Assembly: GCA_964016885.1 (NCBI GenBank)
Contig: OZ024746.1
Location: forward strand, 11,532,001 to 11,596,000
From: Eledone cirrhosa
Lineage: Eukaryota
Length of the DNA stretch: 64,000 bases
Reading direction: 5' to 3'
The position numbers were made by a program, and so were the translations under genes. The notes under the pieces were generated by a model, which saw only the letters and a list, made by a program, of their open reading frames with translations, ran no database searches and was not told where the DNA came from. Shown piece by piece: positions 12,191 to 26,494 of the stretch. The number at the start of each line of letters is the position of its first letter. The first letter of the stretch is position 1.

Positions 12191-12409
12191 TCCTTTAGCA
12201 TTTAAACTGGCCATATCCGGCCAGAATTCTCTCACCTCTTTCTGTTCAAATTGGCTGTAACCAGCTACTCATCAAACATTAAGGTATTGTTCTCAAAATA
12301 AATGATATCAACATCTCATAAATTCGATATATGTGAGATAATTATGTAAGGTAAAGCCTTTACTATGAATATTCAATAGTATATACAAAGTAATGTAAAT
12401 GCTAAAGGG
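12191..12409. mobile_element. TTAA-flanked piggyBac-like MITE (TIR CCCTTTAGCATTTA)
   Basis: ttaa-tcctttagcattta ... taaatgctaaaggg-ttaa. A related partial copy lies at ~54840-55038. Confidence 0.8.
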
Positions 12410-13330
12410 TTAAAAAGAGGTTTGTTAATTTAAATGTAGCATTAGACCAAAGACTTTAATTTTAAAAAAACAAAATTAGTTTTGCTCTAACATAGCGGAT
12501 ACGTAAATGCATTCGTGAGTTTTATATCAAATAATAGTAATATTTGATTCGTTTGCAAGCAAACAGCCTTATTGTTCTGGGGGTGACAGAGAGAAACCAT
12601 TTTTAATGTTTTGTAAGTCATTGTGCTGCATTATTTGTACTTTTCAAGAATGTCTTACTAATGAGGTTTCATGAAGAATGGGAGGCTAAGAGTTAAATAA
12701 ATAAAAAGAATTTTTTTTTTAAAGCAATCTAACACTGGACAAATTTCACACTTATTCTTCACAGCATAAACTGAGCATGTAGTGTTAACTGGTTTGTTAA
12801 GATAAACACAAAGAAATGCCTAAAACTCATAACATATGAGTTAGTAGCACAATACTTAGTCACTTAGTCATTTCAATTGTTCATTTAATAATAAGGTATT
12901 CTAATTCTCTAAAATGATATTTATACAATGGCTACCACTATCAGATTTTTTAAATCTTTATTTTTACTGATATAAATCTATATTTTGTACTATAAAAGAT
13001 GGGACACATAACACTGATGTTGTCCTAACAATTGGTATCTAAATACAAATTGTTGGGGTAAGTACTTTTACAAATAACTGAAAATTGTCCAGCTTAATTG
13101 TTAATTGTATCTTTTTTTGTTTTTGTGAGCCAAAGTCAAAGGTTAAGAGGAAGTACCCATGATATTTGTAAGCCTACCCACACAGACAGATTAATATACT
13201 TTGGCTAAGAGTAGAATAAAATTACTGTAGCAGTTTTTAAACTCAGCTTTAATCACACAACCGATGAGTCACTATTAAGATTTTTTTTCTTTAAACTTTT
13301 GTTAATCCTTAATATTTGGTATCATATTAA

Positions 13331-13521
13331 CCCTTTAGCATTTACATTACTCTATATATACTATTGTATTTTCACAGTAAATATTGAATCTATGAGATTT
13401 TGATATTATTTATTTTGAGAACCTTACCTTAACGTTAGTATGATTGGCCAGTTACAGCTGGTTTGAACAGGAAGAGGTGAGAAAATTCTGGCTGGATACA
13501 GCCACTTTAAATGCTAAAAGG
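13331..13521. mobile_element. Same MITE family, inverted relative to 12191-12409
   Basis: ttaa-ccctttagcattta ... taaatgctaaaagg-ttaa; the internal sequence is reverse complementary to the first copy. Confidence 0.8.
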
Positions 13522-14227
13522 TTAAATGTACAAAGCAACTCTATAACTGAATCACATTAAAAATTAAAGTGATTACTTTGCAATTTTTCACTATGATCTG
13601 TTTAGTAGAAAAGATACTATAAACATTTGAATTAACAAACTTGTATTTAGATATTTCCTGCTATATCATTACAGGATGTTAAGAGGTATTTTATCTCTAC
13701 AAAAGCGGGTACTGAAAATTCATCTATTTCTTAATACAATCGTTTGTGTCCAGATATAAAAATTTAGAATGTGGTACTTTTAATACTGACCACAAAATTC
13801 TGCATGATACTAACCTATCATTATGTTTAATGTAAAACTAAAATATTTTACAACAGAATTTTACACTGGATGTGAAGAAGGCAAGCAGTTTCAGATATGT
13901 CCTGTGTTGAAATTCTGAAAACTCTATTCTAATTCTTTTAAATTATCTTAACCATAGAAAATAAGATATTTTTTTAGTTAGCTTCACAGGTGAAACAGCA
14001 TGGGAAATATCTTGAAAATTAGTAACAGATAAGTTCTTGGTAAATCAAGTCCCCACTTTGATTTCATTCCCAGTGAAGCCATTTCACTTAGCTTATTAAT
14101 GTTCTTATGTATTGTACAGATCTTGCAACTACATAATTCTTTCATCAGCAATTAGTGGATCTTCAATATTTTTATAATGAACATCAATACTCTAACAAGG
14201 AAGTCCAGAAATTATAAAACATTATTA

Positions 14228-14405
14228 AGGGCGGTGGATTAGCAGTATTGGTAGAGCGTCAGACACCATGCTTTGCAACATTATGAGTTCAAATCCTGCC
14301 TAGGTTAACTTTGCCTTTCATCCTTACAGGGTTGATAAAATAAAGTACCAGTAATGCACTGAAATAATTGCTGGCCTTGTGCCAAAAGTACAAATAATTA
14401 TTATT
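14228..14405 (+). mobile_element. SINE family A copy
   Basis: gggcggtggattagcagtattggtag...gagttcaaatcc...tail. Confidence 0.85.
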
Positions 14406-15351
14406 AACCATTTATGTTTACTTTAAATGGAAATTTCAAGTTCTTCATACATTAATTTATGGAGTTTCTTTTTGTACTTCATTTCTAACAAGATGGTTTA
14501 GGAACGTTTTAGAAGTACAAGTATAAAATAATAATTTTCCCGTCTAAACCCATGCTAGCGTGGAAGATAGACATTAAATGATGATGATGAATTTTCATCA
14601 CTGTTTTTTGTTATTTATGACTTAGACAAGATTTGTAGATGACAAAATAAAGAGTATGTCCAAGTTGTAACCAAAGAGTTGACAGTTTGAATATCAATCA
14701 CGGCATGCTTCTATATCCTGTTACTAGTGTCATTCTAACTGTGGGTGTGGGAATATTATATTGACCTGAGTATATGCAGTAAAACCAAATGTTTTAAAGC
14801 TAGATGAAATTATGTGGCAAGCTTGTTGAAAATGAAACCATTATCTCAGTGAATATTTATTATACTAATTAAGCTAAAAAGCCAATTACCTCATACTAAA
14901 TGAAAAGTGACATCTGATGTCTTACTCTGTCCAACAGACAGCAAAAGTAAATCTGTCTTAATTCTAGAGTTAAAGGACATTTCCTCATTACATCCAGCTT
15001 ACAATGGATAGAAACACAGTTAGGTTATTTATGTTTCTAGGCTAACACACTAACACTGATTTACTTGATTAAAACAATAGTATTTTATTAAAATGTGTTA
15101 CCTAAAATTCCACTTTATACAATTGTTTCAATATGCAGGTTATAACTATATTAGCAAGACGTTCTTAAAAAGTACAAAACAGTCTGCATCACATTAGTTT
15201 ACTAAAAAAAATTCACTATACTACAAACTTTTGAATTAACAAACCCATTTTTAGATATCTTTTACTAAATCCTTATGGGATGTTAAAAGTTAGATGTAAG
15301 CCACAAAATTACTTGTCCACGTTGGTGTATTTCAGAATTAACTATGCAATA

Positions 15352-15572
15352 ATAATTGCTTCTACTTTAGGCACAAGGCCAGCAATTTGAAGGGAAGGGG
15401 AAAGTCGATTAAATCGACCCCAGAGCATTACTTGTGCTTTATTTATCGACTCTGTAAGGATGAAAGGCAAAGCTAACCTCGGCAGGACTGAACCCAGAAC
15501 GTAAAGGGCCGTAACTCTATGCTGCAAAGCATGGTGTCCGATACTCTACCAATACTGCCAATCCACCGCCCT
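15352..15572 (-). mobile_element. SINE family A, long variant, with 10-bp TSD ctatgcaata
   Basis: Homologous to 42588-42774 plus an extra gtcgatttaatcgac hairpin segment. TSD at 15342-15351 and 15573-15582. Confidence 0.88.
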
Positions 15573-15679
15573 CTATGCAATAGAAATAACACAATAAATT
15601 ATTAATATTGAGGGAAAATATGCAAGTCAATTGGAGTAGCAACCCCAGACATATTTTAGTACAAAAAAAACATTCTAAC

Positions 15680-16264
15680 CTTTACAGGGTAATAATTTTT
15701 CTTTTTTCTGCGGTTTATGACAAACAATTTGTTTGCAACAGTTCTGATAAGCCATGGCGTTGGGCAGAGGTAATGTTGCTGAGCAGTCTCTACTTGTGGT
15801 TGTAGTAGATGAGGCACCAGCCTGAGCAGCAACAGGGGGATGAATGGGAGCAGCATCTTTCAGAGTTCCATTCGTAATGGCAGGTTTCACACTACATTGG
15901 TTCGGGGTTGAAGCGACATTGTCGGAACTGCTCGAGTTGGTGAAGTTAGTATTAGCATTAGTATTAGCACTAACATTACTACTATTGGTGTTATTGTTGA
16001 CATTATTTGGGGTACTGTTTGAATTGGTGTTATTGAGAAAAGGCTTCTTGACTGGTAGTTTCTCCGGCATTCGTTCCACTTTGACCACTGGCATGGCATG
16101 GTTTTTCTCCTTACTGGCGGTGGCATTGATTTTGGAATTGTATGGTGGAGACACGGTGTTTAATAACGATGATGGTAATTGCTTTACGCTTGCTTTTGAA
16201 CGGAACTTGGAAGATTGGAACAATCGCACACAGCTTTTGGGATATTTCTCTCCATGCCGTATTG
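15680..16264 (-). CDS. ATXN7: Ataxin-7-family gene, large internal exon (585 nt, phase 1-1): (A)IRHGEKY...PVVKVERMP...N/S-rich...KKEKLLPCK
   Basis: Acceptor ttttattttgcag at 16265 and donor AAAG|gttag at 15679; open frame. The start xRHG resembles ERRH, the last His of the N-terminal ZnF in vertebrate ATXN7/ATXN7L1. Splices in phase to the SCA7 exon. The symbol denotes the family; the exact paralog is not resolved. Confidence 0.88.
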
Positions 16265-17689
16265 CTGCAAAATAAAACAAAAAAAAAACTAATAATAAAG
16301 TTATCAACCACAAATATATGATTTTGAATTATTATTATTATTATTATTTTTTTTTTTTTTTGTATTGCATTTGAACCACCATATAAAGACATTATTATTA
16401 CTGTTGTTGTCAGCCCTACAAGGCCAATATCAACCACACTAGCCTAGAATGTCAGTGAAGGCTGTGGGCAATGTCCCACAAAACAAATGGGTCTTTCACT
16501 TATACCTCATTCTTGGCAATAACCTTAATTAATTACGCTACAGGATTAGTTAGACCTTGTACAAAGTTTTTTTTTAAATATTGTCTCTTGTAATTTGAAG
16601 GAGTAACTGAAAATCAGTGGTATCAACCATATTATTCAATTAGAATTATGATTTAAAAATAAAGAGTAAGGCATTTAAAAGGCAATATTTTAACTTAGTT
16701 TTGATTTTGTAATAGTTATGAAGAAGAAAACAAAATATATTTCACACAATTCCTCTTAGTCTTTCTTTTAATCATCTTTATACTGACAACAAAATTACCT
16801 GAGAGAGAGTTTCTGCATCCACTACCATAACCACAAGTCTAATGCCATATCCCCCCATCCCACAAATGATTCTATTGTTTACTGATAGTAATATTCAAAA
16901 CAGACATCATTAGTGTTAGCAAATAGAATCAAACTAACTCAATGGCTTCTTCATTTATTGAAGAAACTAAATTTTACAAGATAAAATACAAACACAAAGC
17001 TCAATTATAACTGTTGAAAATCCTTTGAACAATTACTTTGAGACAGTCAATATTATTAGTACAGATAAAGAAATTTTTAATGGGATATAATAGTGGAATG
17101 TTTCTGCTCCATGTAAATTCATATTTGGTGATAGTTAACCAAAATCATTCCAGTCATGACCATTCCATCTTTTCTCCAAACAATGTGCACTCAGAACCAC
17201 ATTATCTAGTATCTCTTTTTCTAATGTGTTAGGGTGCCAACTTGAGAGTAATTTGCCTGCTATTTTTAGCAAGTCAAGTAACAACATAGCAGTTAGTCTT
17301 CTGTTATAGTGTTTCCTAGATAGATTAAATGGGTTTAAAGCAATGTTTCTCAACCTTTTTTGTCCCCCCACTCCACTTTAATTTTTGGGGGAGAAATGAA
17401 GAAATCTCCATCATGAATGGACAAAAATAGAAAGTATACAGCATAGTATATATGTCCCGTGTCCCACCATCACAAAGCTACATTATATTTACATATGCAT
17501 ATTTTTGGCATAGTAATATGTGTTGCACATCTTAATATCCCTTTATCATATAAAAAAGATGGTACCTAGATCTCTCTCTCTCTCTCTCTTATATGACTAC
17601 ATTTTGGCTGACCGTTTTGGGGGAAGGATTAGCTGATTAAATTGACCTCGATACATGACTTGTACCCTATTTATCAACTTCAATTCTGT

Positions 17690-17900
17690 ATGTAAAGGGC
17701 TGCAAACAATGTCATTAGAGGGAGCTGCATATGATTTACAGAACCTTGCTGGAGGACTAAACAAGAAACCATTAGTGATGCACACTTATGGACACCATAA
17801 CATGGATATCCATGGGCTAGATGTCCAGTAAAAACCTTCATTGACCAGCTCAATACACAGAATATTGTTCTGTTGACCACACAAAAGCTATGTACAATCA
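17690..17900 (+). mobile_element. Decayed RTE/RTEX-like LINE C-terminal fragment
   Basis: Reads LWTP*HG...PVKTFIDQL, resembling the LWxPxHG..GRP.KTYIDQL motif. Confidence 0.55.
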
Positions 17901-19850
17901 AATCCCAATAATGAGACAAGAATTGGAAGCTTCTCTCAAAATGACTATTAAAGAAAGACAGTTAAAATACAGTAAACATAAATAAGAGAATAAAAATTCT
18001 GAGATAGTTATTTACTCTCATGTTCCTTTTTCTGAATTTATTTCCTTATTTAATTGAAATATTTGTTTCTTTTAGTATTCACTGAAGCAGTTTATCAGAT
18101 AGCCTATTGATTTATTGACTAAATCTTATATTTAACAAATGAAGGAATCAACTTGTAGCCTTGGGGTTCTGGAAGAATATTTGTTAATCTGCACTCTAGA
18201 GGCCCTGCAACTGCAAACTTGCAAGAATGAATATTTATTTCTAATCACTTTAAATTCCTTTATTGACAACAGTAATAAAATAAAATAAATCTAACACACT
18301 CTCACAAACACATCATGTAAGCAGGCATTAGTTCTTTTTCTTTTTTAATTTATAATTCATCATTATCATCAGTACCATTAATATCACCTTGCTTCTTTTT
18401 ATGCAGGAATGGATTAGATGAGCCAGACATGCAACACCTCTTCATACACCTCAATTTTCTTTGTTATACTTCTATAATCCAACGTTCTAACAACTATTTT
18501 CCAGTTTCTGGATTACATATCAATATCATAAAAGTACACATTAATCCTCTACAAAGGTAAATAAAACAAAGCCAAATGAAAACAAAGCATTTGTTAATCA
18601 CTGCTATATAAATATAATACAACCACTTCACATGAAATATTTTCTGATTTATTCTGAAACAAATTAACACAGGTGAATTCTTCTCACCAAACATTCTTTA
18701 TAAGATACCAATTAATAAAATAAAGAAATAAACAAAACCTATGCAATACAGTGTGGCTAAAAATAACTAGAAAATATGTTTTAAATGAGCTAGTTGAAGA
18801 TACTCAGACAACAAAGGTGGGGAGAGATGACATATATGACTGTTTATGAAACAAAATTTCCCTTTCTTTATATATTTCTATAGGTAGCTCATAAAAATAA
18901 TTTCAAAAGTATTGAACAAAAAAAGAAAAATATAGATTTCATAACTTCATAGAAAGATAGATAAGTAAAAACAACAGCTGAAATGCTAATATAATATTTA
19001 AAATTCTACAAATACACTAAACACTTTCTGTAAATTGCAATTTTGATATCTGATATCAAGGAAATATCATTAGTTTAAAATAATAAACTCAAACAACTTG
19101 TTTATACAAAAATGTATTAGTTAATAAAACAGATATTAACTGGGAAATATGCCTTGCAACTAACTAAAGCTGTTTAATAACATTGTTGTGGTTACAGGAC
19201 ATCCATTGTCTATTTAGCAAAAATTATGTCTCCTAAGGAAGCCAACATGAAATGGTAATGATAACAATTTATCTGGATCATGTACAAAAAAATGGAGACT
19301 GATTATATATATATGTGTGAGAGAGGGGGAGGGATGTATCTGATGGAGACATGGCAAGGGTATATTTGAAAACATTAAAAAAATGCTGTCAAAGACATCA
19401 ATGGGCAAAAATGCCTCCGAGTTAACCAGTGGTCAACAGAGAGACAATCCACAAGGTGGGTGACAGACAGATGGAATATAGAAATAAATGAAAGAGGAGG
19501 AGGAAGACAAGGAGAAATGTGTTGTGCAAAACCATTTTGCTGGTTTGAGAGCTGATGAAGGTGAAGATGTGTGTGTGTGTGTGTGTGTAAATTTGTTTGT
19601 GCATCGCCTTTATTTCCTTTTTTCAATCATTTCTATGTGCCAACACTCTGCCCAACCTCTTTTATCTTACATAAAATCTAAATAAAAAATGCTCAAGGTT
19701 TCCCTCCCACCTGATAGATTATAGCAATTGTGTGACAGATGGGCAAAAAAGTCCAGTACAATCATTATTATAGAGACACGGCTTTTATTATAAAATAGAT
19801 TTTGTTCTATTTACTTGTGAAAGGTTTCATGCTATGCTTATTTTTAAAAA

Positions 19851-20307
19851 AATAATAATTGTTTCTACTTTTGGCACAAGGCCAGCAATTATCCCAGTGT
19901 ATTACTGGTACTTTATTTTATCGACCCCGTAAGGATGAAAGGCAAAGTTAACCTCGGTGGGATTTGAACTCAGTCCGTAAAGGGGCGTAACTGTGCTGCA
20001 AAGCATTGCATCCGGCCCTTTACCGATACTGCCAAGATTTCCAATTACACAGGGTCAGCAATTTTTGGGGAGTAAGGATAAGTTGGTTAAATTGATCACT
20101 GTACTTAACTGGTACGGTCGATTTGCAGTATCGGTAAAGGGTCGCACACCATGCTTTGACGCATAGAGTTACGGCCCTTTCCATTCTGAGTTCAAATTCC
20201 CCCCCGAGGTTAACTTTGCCTTTCATCCTTATGGGGGTCGATAAAATAAAGTACCAGTAATGCACTGGGTAATTGCTGGCCTTGTGCCAAAAGTAGAAAG
20301 AATTATT
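19851..20307. mobile_element. Two SINE family A copies head-to-head (19851-20037 minus, 20115-20307 plus)
   Basis: The ~185-bp arms are reverse complements separated by ~80 bp. Confidence 0.9.
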
Positions 20308-22975
20308 GATACAAACGTTTTATTTATTATTTATAAACTTGTACTGTTATCCATCAAAATTTATCACACACACACATAATATTATAGTGAAATATATATG
20401 TATATATATATTTCACTATAATATTCTGTTTCACATAAAATTAAAGAATGTAAAACAGGATGTTTAGCATATTGTGTCAACACAAACTTATCCTAGTTCT
20501 CGTTTCAAAATAAATTTTCAAATATTCAGAAAATATGCTAACTTGACAGTGTTTCTAGTAATTTCTTTTAAAGTTTTTAATCAAGCTACTTTTTTGTTTG
20601 GTATCACTATCATCATTCTATAAATTAATAAACTACAGAAATTTTTTTTTAAATAAATTATATTTATTCCAACAAGACTGTTGAAAAGGGGGTAAAAGTG
20701 TATAATTTAACACTAGTTAGGTCTCAATAGTAATTTATTTTATCAATTTCCTCATTTTGAGACAAACAATGTTGAATTCTGCTGATTCCAAAAGAAATAT
20801 TGTTAGTATATCAAATAACATTTGCAAACAATTGTTATCAACACATATTTGCAATTTTGCCATTTGAAACAAGAAAAAAATTTTTTTAATGTTTAGTAGA
20901 AATATCTGAAAATGTGAACTCATTCATGCACCCTCCACACACCTTTTGGCCCTTACTATTCATATTGCTCATATTATACATGAGAAAGTATGATAAATAC
21001 TGTCTGCCCCTTTACCATTTTAGAAATTCACCATCTTGATAATGAAGAGGAAGATGATTACAAGTTTGTATTCTCATATCAAGATATTATCATTATTCAC
21101 CAATACCTAGTCAAATAAGTTGGAGGGGGGGGGGGGGGGTCTTTACTGATCGTTAAAGTAAAAAAGTCAAACATAATTCAAAATTATACTTATTGCTTTG
21201 TCATCTACTTTTCTGTACTTGAAAAAGTCAAATGGGTTAGTCTGGCAATCTTGCCTAAATTTCATGTCATCACTATCTGGTTTCAATGCCAAACTTTCTT
21301 TTCTGAACATCTAAATGTAATATCATATTTGATGCTCTCTACTTTACTGAGAGAGTCATATGTTTACCGTATGGTATTCATTCACTAAATTCTCAATAAC
21401 CATTCCATGTAAACCATCTGGGTTTTTTGTTTTTTTTAAATCTATTTCATAGTAACTGTGGTTAACTATACTTCCTGAATATGAAGAGTGTTTATGTTGC
21501 ATTGTATTATGCCTGTATATATCTTATTTTTGTAAGAGTGTAAAATCACTGAGTGAATGCCTGATACTGTTTCTACATGTTAACTGTTGTGATACTTAGG
21601 CACCAAGAATCTGTGATCATAACAAAAATATAGTCATAGAATATATGAATTTGAGAAGAGCAAATAAGATGTTGTTACAATAATCAATATTTTATAGATA
21701 AAATGATGTTTATTTGAACAGAACCAAACAATATAAGTGTCTCAATGAAGTAAGTAAAGAGAAAACAATAAATGGTTTATGTATATCTAAAGTTAAGACA
21801 CTATATATAGCCTTTAATATTGAAGAAATCGTTCATTAATCTTACAGACTTAGCCATTAATGGGACACCAATTAAAAAGAAAATGATAAAATAATTAACA
21901 CTGAATCATTAAATTTAAATTGTATTGAATTAAAAAGTTTCCAAGCAGTTAACAAGTTTATACACTTATGAATAGAATAAGGAGACAGCAAGTGGAACAA
22001 ATAAATTAAATTTAAAAACTAACAAACAAGACAAAAACATTCTGAATCTAAAGCTGTAGTAAATTAGCCATTAACATTATCAGAACACAAATAAACAAAA
22101 AAGTTAAAGAGGAGATCCTGTGCTGATACACTCACTGATATGCTGAAGAGACACAGCATATTAGCTACATAACTACATGATGCAGTTTAATGAACCATTC
22201 AATAATTAGATATGGATGAGTGGTTTGTCCAAGTTGTTAAGTATATAAAAAGCAACATCGGCTAACAACACAATAAAAATCAGCAATTCTGTAAGATATT
22301 TAAGCCTGAGTTGAAGCAGCTTAAATAGGAAAAGAAAATAGCCAAAGGCTATGCTCCCGTAGAATGTTAGCAGAGTAGATCCATCTAATATGTCAGGAAA
22401 GAAGGAAAGGAGTATAATTATGATATAATAAATTGATACTTTTAAAGATGAGATTCATAAAATGAATAGGAAAGTGTCATCATTGTCTTCTCCTCCACTG
22501 CCACCATTGTCATCATTAATACTGAGGCAACAAAGAAACGTCCACTGACAGAAATTATAACCAAATCTCCCTCAAATCACACCTTTTTTGTGATAAAACA
22601 AAGGACACATTGGACAATATAATCAAAAAGGTAAGATGATTCTGACTGAAGTAACTTGGAAGATACACATCTGTTCATTCAGGGCAGACATTGGACTAAA
22701 CTACAATAACTGTCAATATGTTTACTGCAGGATGTCAGTATGTTTACTGCAGACCACTATCATATTTTCCTTATTTCTCCATGTCTAATCATTCTGGGAA
22801 AGCTGAGATATCTCTTTAATTAATTCAGGTCAGCCTTTTATTAGATTTTTTTTTCCTTTTCTGGGTTTTCATTTTGATATAAATTTTATCCAATAATTTT
22901 GTTCATACTCCTATGTTCTCATTCACCTTTCATATATAATCATTACAACTGCCACAAAAAAAACTTTTCTTTTAT

Positions 22976-23115
22976 AAGGCTATGGAGGGATGAAAGAGGC
23001 CCTAATGTTAGGATGTGACAGTATACAAGGCTATGAGGGATGAAACAAGTCCTAATGTTAGGATGTGGCAGTATACAATGAGGGATGAAACATGCCCTTA
23101 TGTTATGATGTGACA
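22976..23115. repeat. Degenerate minisatellite, ~3 x 45-50 bp
   Basis: gagggatgaaa...cctaatgttaggatgtgacagtataca units. Confidence 0.85.
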
Positions 23116-24290
23116 AGTAATCCCAAAGGTTAAATTTTCAATGAGATGGCAATATTAATAATGAATGAACAAATTCTTCATCATTACACTGATGTCTCTT
23201 ATAAAATTTATTTTTACTCTTTCACACATACATTTGCTTTTCTCCCCTTTCCATGTGAAGCCCTGGTTAATGTGCTAATGACCGCTTTACAATAATTCTT
23301 CCCTACTGTTTATTTACATAAAGACACCAAAAATAACAAAAGAAAATATCATAGGACAATAGCATAGTCAAGGTAATAGTTGGCTAAGTATTAAGTGTGC
23401 TAGTCTGCTTACTGGTCATAAGTTCAATCCATGGGTTAGTCTCTCTCTCTCTCTCTAAGAAATTAAGCGATATCACAAGTAACTAATTAAATAATATGAA
23501 GCTATCCCAGGTCTGAACACTAGAAAGACAACAATCTACTCCTGGGGTTTGAATAAAGGGTTCAGTTTGAAATTTCAAGAACATTACTAAATATGACAAG
23601 CACATTAAGAAGAAAGCTGGAGAGTACAATGGCCAAAACACTGTAATTATAACACATTGAAGATAAGGAGACTAGTCCAAACAAATCAGTTTATAATAAT
23701 GATAATTCCTCATCTCAGAAATTCAGCCTAAATTTATACATATGTATACACATTCACACACATATATGCAGTGTTGTAACAAAACAGCTTCCCCATTCTC
23801 TCCTCCTCTCTTTCTTACCATGATCTGGTGAAAAGATTAGCAAGACATGCAGAGGTAATCCATGTGCAAATGGATAATCCAAGGTATGCTCAGCAGAGCA
23901 TGCAAGATAGCTGGATCAGATAAGAGGCAGTATAGTGATATGTTTAATGTCTTGTAGTTGAATCTTTTTTTTAGCATGCTGTAGTGGTCAACAACTCAAC
24001 AAGTCTTCAGTTTCCATTTAGAAGGTTACTCAAAGAAATTCATCTTAAATTATTTACTTCTGTATTCTGAGGTACTTTGTGAATGGCAGGATAAATAAAA
24101 GACTTTCCTATATGACCAATCTAACTTCTAAAGAATCCTATAAAATTACCCTCACATTGTATATTATACAGATAGTCAGCTAAACCAACATAAATAAACA
24201 TTTCTGTTGTAACTCCAATATCTTAACATTTTCATCACCATATTTCTAATGAAAAACACTACTTATAATTTTCAAATCATTTTGAAAATA

Positions 24291-24391
24291 ATTGTTTCTA
24301 CATTTGGCACAAGGCCATCAATTAGCCAGTACATTACTGGTACTTTATTTTATCGACCCCGTAAGGATGAAAGGCAAAGTTAACCTCGGCG
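24291..24391 (-). mobile_element. 5'-truncated SINE family A nested in a TTAA-type MITE, 11-bp TSD ttgaaaataat
   Basis: TSD at 24282-24292 and 24392-24402. The host element (~24225-24596) is similar to the uninterrupted copy at 37450-37712. Confidence 0.88.
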
Positions 24392-24627
24392 TTGAAAATA
24401 ATGAAGTATTTGGAGGTATTTAGTAATATACCTAACCTTCACATTATAAAGTTGGTGTTTGGATCATAACTTCACAATGGTTTTTACATAAAATTGCGAT
24501 GGAAGGTTTTTGGATAAATATAAACACGTTAAAACAAAGTTTTGCATCAAAGATGCCAGAAGTAGTTTCAGATGATTTGGTATCAAAACAGTTAAATGTT
24601 GAGTTCAGATCTTTGCTTTACTGCACG

Positions 24628-24711
<84 letters not shown>

Positions 24712-26363
24712 CCATTTTAACGTACATTTACCCATGTAGACTATACAGCAAATGCTGGTTAATTGAATAAGTTTAGAAATTCAGACATTTGGATTCTTTA
24801 ACAGATATATAATTAAATGCATATTCACATGCATCATGGCGCCCCCGGGCATAGCTGTCTTTAAGAAGTTCACTTATAAATTATGTCATTTTTGGTTCAA
24901 TTACAACATGTGGTATCTGAGAAAGAAGCTTCTACCCTTGATTTGGGTCAATCAAAACATTGTATGACATTTAGTAAATTGTATTGAAACCCATTTGAGA
25001 GACTGTTCCTGTTCTTGGGTGGCTGACTTAATTGTTGCCTGGTTTCATATCATTAATTGTCTCTTGAGTGTCTTTAGTAGAATCCACTCTGTTATAAGTA
25101 TTTGAACTGGAACTTGTGTGTGTAGATAACTTCCTCTTTTCCTCCTACCAGTCTCAGAGGCTCTGAAAAAGGTCATGAGAACTGCCCTTTCTCCTCTGAC
25201 TTGAGCATTAAAAAACAAAATCATCACACCAAGATATGTAACCTTACCATCCTGTTAGGATGATAGATACCTAGTTATGAAAGGTGGTTAACAATGAAAC
25301 AGGGCCTATGTGATAAGATCCTGCTATCTTAATGATCCAGCATATGAGTATCTGTTAGGTTCATTACAGTGGTTAAGATTTGGAGCTATACGAGTGAAAG
25401 AAGCAAATGTCCATTATTAAGAAAGAGCAAGAAGACAAATAATTTTTATGAGTTATGGAATAAGAAGTTGTGGTATTTATGTCTTTCTCAACAACATGAG
25501 TAATAAAAATGAAGTGAAATGAATTCAACAGGGCAGTGAAATCAAAGTAAAAAGAATGATAAATATCTTCATATATTTCAAGATTAGTAGCAATTGCTAT
25601 TTTCTAGACACACATAAGTCCCATCAGAGTATGATGAATAAATATTTTATCAGACACAATGATCAAGCAATTAAAATGTTACATAACATAGTTCTTATTT
25701 AAAAAATAACAATATTTCAATGAGAAACTGTAATATCATAAAGCATCAACATTGCTTTCACACACCAATAAGTGGTCAAGATATTAAACCAAAGGCTAAA
25801 TCATGCAACTTGTAATTTGTCTAAGTTGAAAAATATATATTTCATCCATTACACTAATATAAGGACAGCTAAATAAGATATTTAAAGACAGTATTAAAAG
25901 GTTATTTTACAAGATTATTTTAGGCCAATATTAACTATTTCTAAATTCAATAGACAATACAAATTGTATCATAAATACAAAACATTTTACAAATATCATA
26001 GTGAGAATAAAAGCCAACAGAGATACTGAGTGTAGCAAGACAAATAGAAATTGATATGATGGATGAAGAAGGTAAATAGGGAAAATGTAGCCAACACATT
26101 TCAAATGTTATAACAATCTGGAAAAACAAGGAAATCAACAAATACACTAGGTTAAATTATGGCGGGAATAAAGTATTTTCATCATGAGTGATTTATATTA
26201 GCAGGACCCAGGTTAAAAGTAAATCTAGAAAGAAATGAAGACTTGAAAAAAAACTTAACTTGCCCCTCACCCAGGTTACTTCTAAGGAGACCCCCGCTCT
26301 CTTTCTCTCTCCATATATATATATATATATATATCCTTTCAACTTTTCTAATTTCTCATTCTT

Positions 26364-26400
26364 TCTTCTGATGAAGGACTAGTGTCCAAAACATTAAGAC
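26364..26400 (+). ncRNA. Degenerate minimal hammerhead ribozyme (Penelope-like repeat family)
   Basis: TCTT-CTGATGA-a-GGAC tagt GTCC-aAAA-CaTT|AAGA. The two deviations from GAAACGTT are CpG-type transitions. Confidence 0.65.
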
Positions 26401-26494
26401 CCTCTTTCTGCTATTTCAAACATTAAACTAATATATTCCTTCCATATACTGTACCGATTGTGATGTTATTTCTGTTTACATTTTATTTATATAT

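Noticed and set aside
23600-23650. Possible further hammerhead remnant (aagaagaaagctgg...tggccaaaacac)
   Set aside because: Both core segments are too degenerate to support a call.
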